Assembly (NCBI RefSeq): GCF_900199515.1
Contig: NZ_LT963433.1
Span: 210,001 to 242,000, forward strand
DNA: 32,000 nucleotides
Direction: 5' to 3'
Source: Massilicoli timonensis
GTDB taxonomy: Bacteria; Bacillota_I; Bacilli_A; Erysipelotrichales; Erysipelotrichaceae
The position numbers and the translations under genes were made by a program. Positions 29,934-32,000 of the stretch are shown here, one piece after another. A model generated the notes under the pieces. That model made no database searches. It saw only the letters and a list, made by a program, of their open reading frames with translations, and was not told where the DNA came from. Position 1 is the stretch's first letter; the number at the start of each line of letters is the position of its first letter.

Positions 29934-32000
29934 TCAAATAGTCAATTCTTCCTGTATGTAGCGATACACATATCCGATCTCATGATCGGGTATCACCACT
30001 TTATATAACTGCTGCAATTCATCAAAGCTCTCTTGGAACACTTGCACGAATGCCATAAACTTCGTAGTTTGTTCCACTTTTTCTTTTTCCTTTTCCGTAT
30101 TGGTTACCAATCGTTCGATCAAACAACTGATATGCATGTTTAAGCCGATGATCAGACGATTGCTGAAAGTGAGCTGTAAATGCTGCTGCAGCTTATAAAT
30201 ACTGCTCTCCACGGCATTTAACAGCTTCTCCGGATTGAGGATCGTCAAATAGCCGATGATGTTCAGCAAAGCAAAATTCTTTACAAGATTCTTGTTAAAC
30301 TGCTTGATTCCCGCACTGTCAAGATATTCTGACAAGATGGAATTAACCAAAGAGATGTTTTCATTGGCAATGATATCCTCCAGCGCAATAAAGGGGATTC
30401 CTTCCAGCATCGGATTGAGCGATCCGATCAGCAGTAATACCTCATGTTCCTGTAACAGCACCTCGCATTGCGCACTGTGATCAAGATCTTCATAGGCAAA
30501 ATATAGAAAATCAAGATCCATTTTATTCGGCAGACTTTTCACAAACAGATCAATGACCCGTTTTGTCGCTTCTATGCCGTTTTCCGCAGAAAAGACAATG
30601 GCCTTGCGCTTGCGATTGCTTTTGATCAGCTGATAAGAAATCTGCGATTCCTCGCATACTTCCTTTAAGATCGTCCTGAGGTCTTGATTTTGTAAGATCT
30701 TCATACCGGCTGACAGCGCTACCTTCGTGGAAATATTATTTAGGACGCCGATATTAAGATTGGCGATTTCCGAAAGTGAGCTGCCGATATCTTCTAAAGA
30801 TCCCATATCTACTAAGAGCAGCACCTGTTGCGCTGATTTCTGCTGCACAAATTTACGTAACGGGGAAACGATGCTTTCCACCGATGTATCTAATGGCATA
30901 TCGATTGCCTCAAAGACATGCTTGCCGAGCATACGATTGACCGCATCGGTAATGGAACTGGCAGTGGAATAGCCATGCGATAAAATAACACCGGTGATAC
31001 GTGATGTATCGATCTTTTTATTATAGAAGCTGATATAGATACAGATAAACAGCATATTGACATCATCAATGGAAAGATCTAACAAAGATTTGATCGTCTG
31101 CCGCAGTTCCTTAGCAATCATCATTTCTTTTTCAAGACGACGGTCAAACAGTGTATAGATTTCTTTTGCCCGTTCTTTGTCCTGCCTGCTTTCAGCACTT
31201 TGATCACTCATCATCAACATATAGAGAATACGTGATAAAACGATGGAAAAATTAGCCGATAAATAAATCTGATACGTTTCGGCGATCTGTCTTACGATAT
31301 GAGAAACCATCGTTTCTAAAGTTTTCAGTTCTTCGCTCTGACAGCGAATCTTATAAATATGATAATCAAAGTAACTGTTTGTTTCATTAGAAGCGCGATA
31401 TAAAAATTCATCAAAGCGCATCGCACCGCGAACATACGCCGCATAATCATCAAACAGCGCCTGTGCATAAGCATTTGCTTTTGCTTCTGTGCGTTCCTCA
31501 TAAAAATGGGCAAGTGGGAAATAAACGCCGGCTTCTTTTTCTTCCATCATATTTTTCACTGACAACGTACGGACGATCGAAGCAGGCAGATCGAGCGGCT
31601 TGATCGTAACGATACCGCTGTCATTGCGATCAGCGGCGGCATTCGCGCAGGTCCAGCGGACGATGCTTTTTAACTGATCGATATTTTCCTCGTAGTGATA
31701 TTTGAGCAGTGCCCCAAAAGATAACGGATTGAGATACAGGCGACATTGCAGCTGCTGTTCTTCTTTTTTCAGAAAATGCAGCAAGAGATCTCTTTTATCC
31801 GATAAAAAGCGGCTTTCCAGATCCGGGATCTGTACTTGCACCGGTATGACGTCAAGCAGTTCTTTGTCAATGCTTTCCAAAGGCTGCGTGGTCGATAAAA
31901 CAAATCGACACGATGCTTTGTCTTTTCTCGCCTCGATCTGGCAATGATGCAGAATGGCAATCAAAGCGCTTTGATCTTCCTTTTTTAAGCATTCGATCTC
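29934..32000 (-). CDS. LevR/ManR-like PRD-domain transcriptional activator, C-terminal ~690 aa (N-terminus beyond the right edge)
   Basis: The frame is open to position 32000 (EIECLKKEDQSALIAILHHCQ...). It contains PRD-like regions and an internal EIIA-Man-like module, GVILSHGYSTASSITDAVNRMLG. The stop lies 16 nt before the EIIA gene's start. Confidence 0.7.
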   Translation of the reverse strand, partial: EIECLKKEDQSALIAILHHCQIEARKDKASCRFVLSTTQPLESIDKELLDVIPVQVQIPDLESRFLSDKRDLLLHFLKKEEQQLQCRLYLNPLSFGALLKYHYEENIDQLKSIVRWTCANAAADRNDSGIVTIKPLDLPASIVRTLSVKNMMEEKEAGVYFPLAHFYEERTEAKANAYAQALFDDYAAYVRGAMRFDEFLYRASNETNSYFDYHIYKIRCQSEELKTLETMVSHIVRQIAETYQIYLSANFSIVLSRILYMLMMSDQSAESRQDKERAKEIYTLFDRRLEKEMMIAKELRQTIKSLLDLSIDDVNMLFICIYISFYNKKIDTSRITGVILSHGYSTASSITDAVNRMLGKHVFEAIDMPLDTSVESIVSPLRKFVQQKSAQQVLLLVDMGSLEDIGSSLSEIANLNIGVLNNISTKVALSAGMKILQNQDLRTILKEVCEESQISYQLIKSNRKRKAIVFSAENGIEATKRVIDLFVKSLPNKMDLDFLYFAYEDLDHSAQCEVLLQEHEVLLLIGSLNPMLEGIPFIALEDIIANENISLVNSILSEYLDSAGIKQFNKNLVKNFALLNIIGYLTILNPEKLLNAVESSIYKLQQHLQLTFSNRLIIGLNMHISCLIERLVTNTEKEKEKVEQTTKFMAFVQVFQESFDELQQLYKVVIPDHEIGYVYRYIQEELTI

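Noticed and set aside
1-32000. CRISPR arrays, transposases or IS elements, integrases, restriction-modification or known phage-defence genes
   Set aside because: I found no regularly spaced repeat array and no ORF with recombinase, transposase or nuclease motifs that I could recognise.

Overview
This looks like a chromosomal segment from a Bacillota (Firmicutes)-type genome: strong AGGAGG-like RBSs, mostly minus-strand genes, and no transposase, integrase or CRISPR array. I had no database access, so all functional calls rest on motifs I read in the translations.

Left end (1-3234): an AT-richer, GATC-poor block. It holds a secreted adhesin-like protein (partial), a ~520-bp non-coding region with a candidate small RNA, and two tandem paralogous lipoprotein genes separated by a small 2-TM membrane protein gene. 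The block abuts the 3' end of tRNA-Asn.

Right of the tRNA the sequence becomes strikingly GATC-rich. In order it encodes:
- a divergent SOS-like cassette: an HTH+S24 LexA-like repressor facing a Y-family polymerase, an unknown 86-aa protein and an MGMT/Atl-like protein
- an ECF-S-like membrane protein and tRNA-Glu
- an SPFH/YdjI-like protein with three zinc ribbons, plus a Tim44-like zinc-ribbon membrane protein
- a Gfo/Idh/MocA oxidoreductase
- a SWIM+SNF2 helicase broken by one in-frame TAA
- a 1409-aa double-activase/dehydratase-like fusion
- an OmpR/HK two-component pair, an SDR and a MATE exporter
- a DUF4004 (YhbD-like) plus bactofilin-like pair
- an AKR-ferredoxin fusion plus DUF1893
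- ung, two flavodoxin-fold proteins, an M50 protease and a VOC protein
- an orphan EIIA-Man and a LevR-like PRD regulator (partial)

The most unusual items:
- the private-repressor translesion/alkylation cassette, with a 15-nt operator-like motif in both divergent promoters
- the mosaic lipoprotein paralogs, one of which has lost its lipobox cysteine
- the compositional island boundary at tRNA-Asn
- the nonsense-interrupted SNF2 gene
- two small conserved RNA-like hairpin motifs
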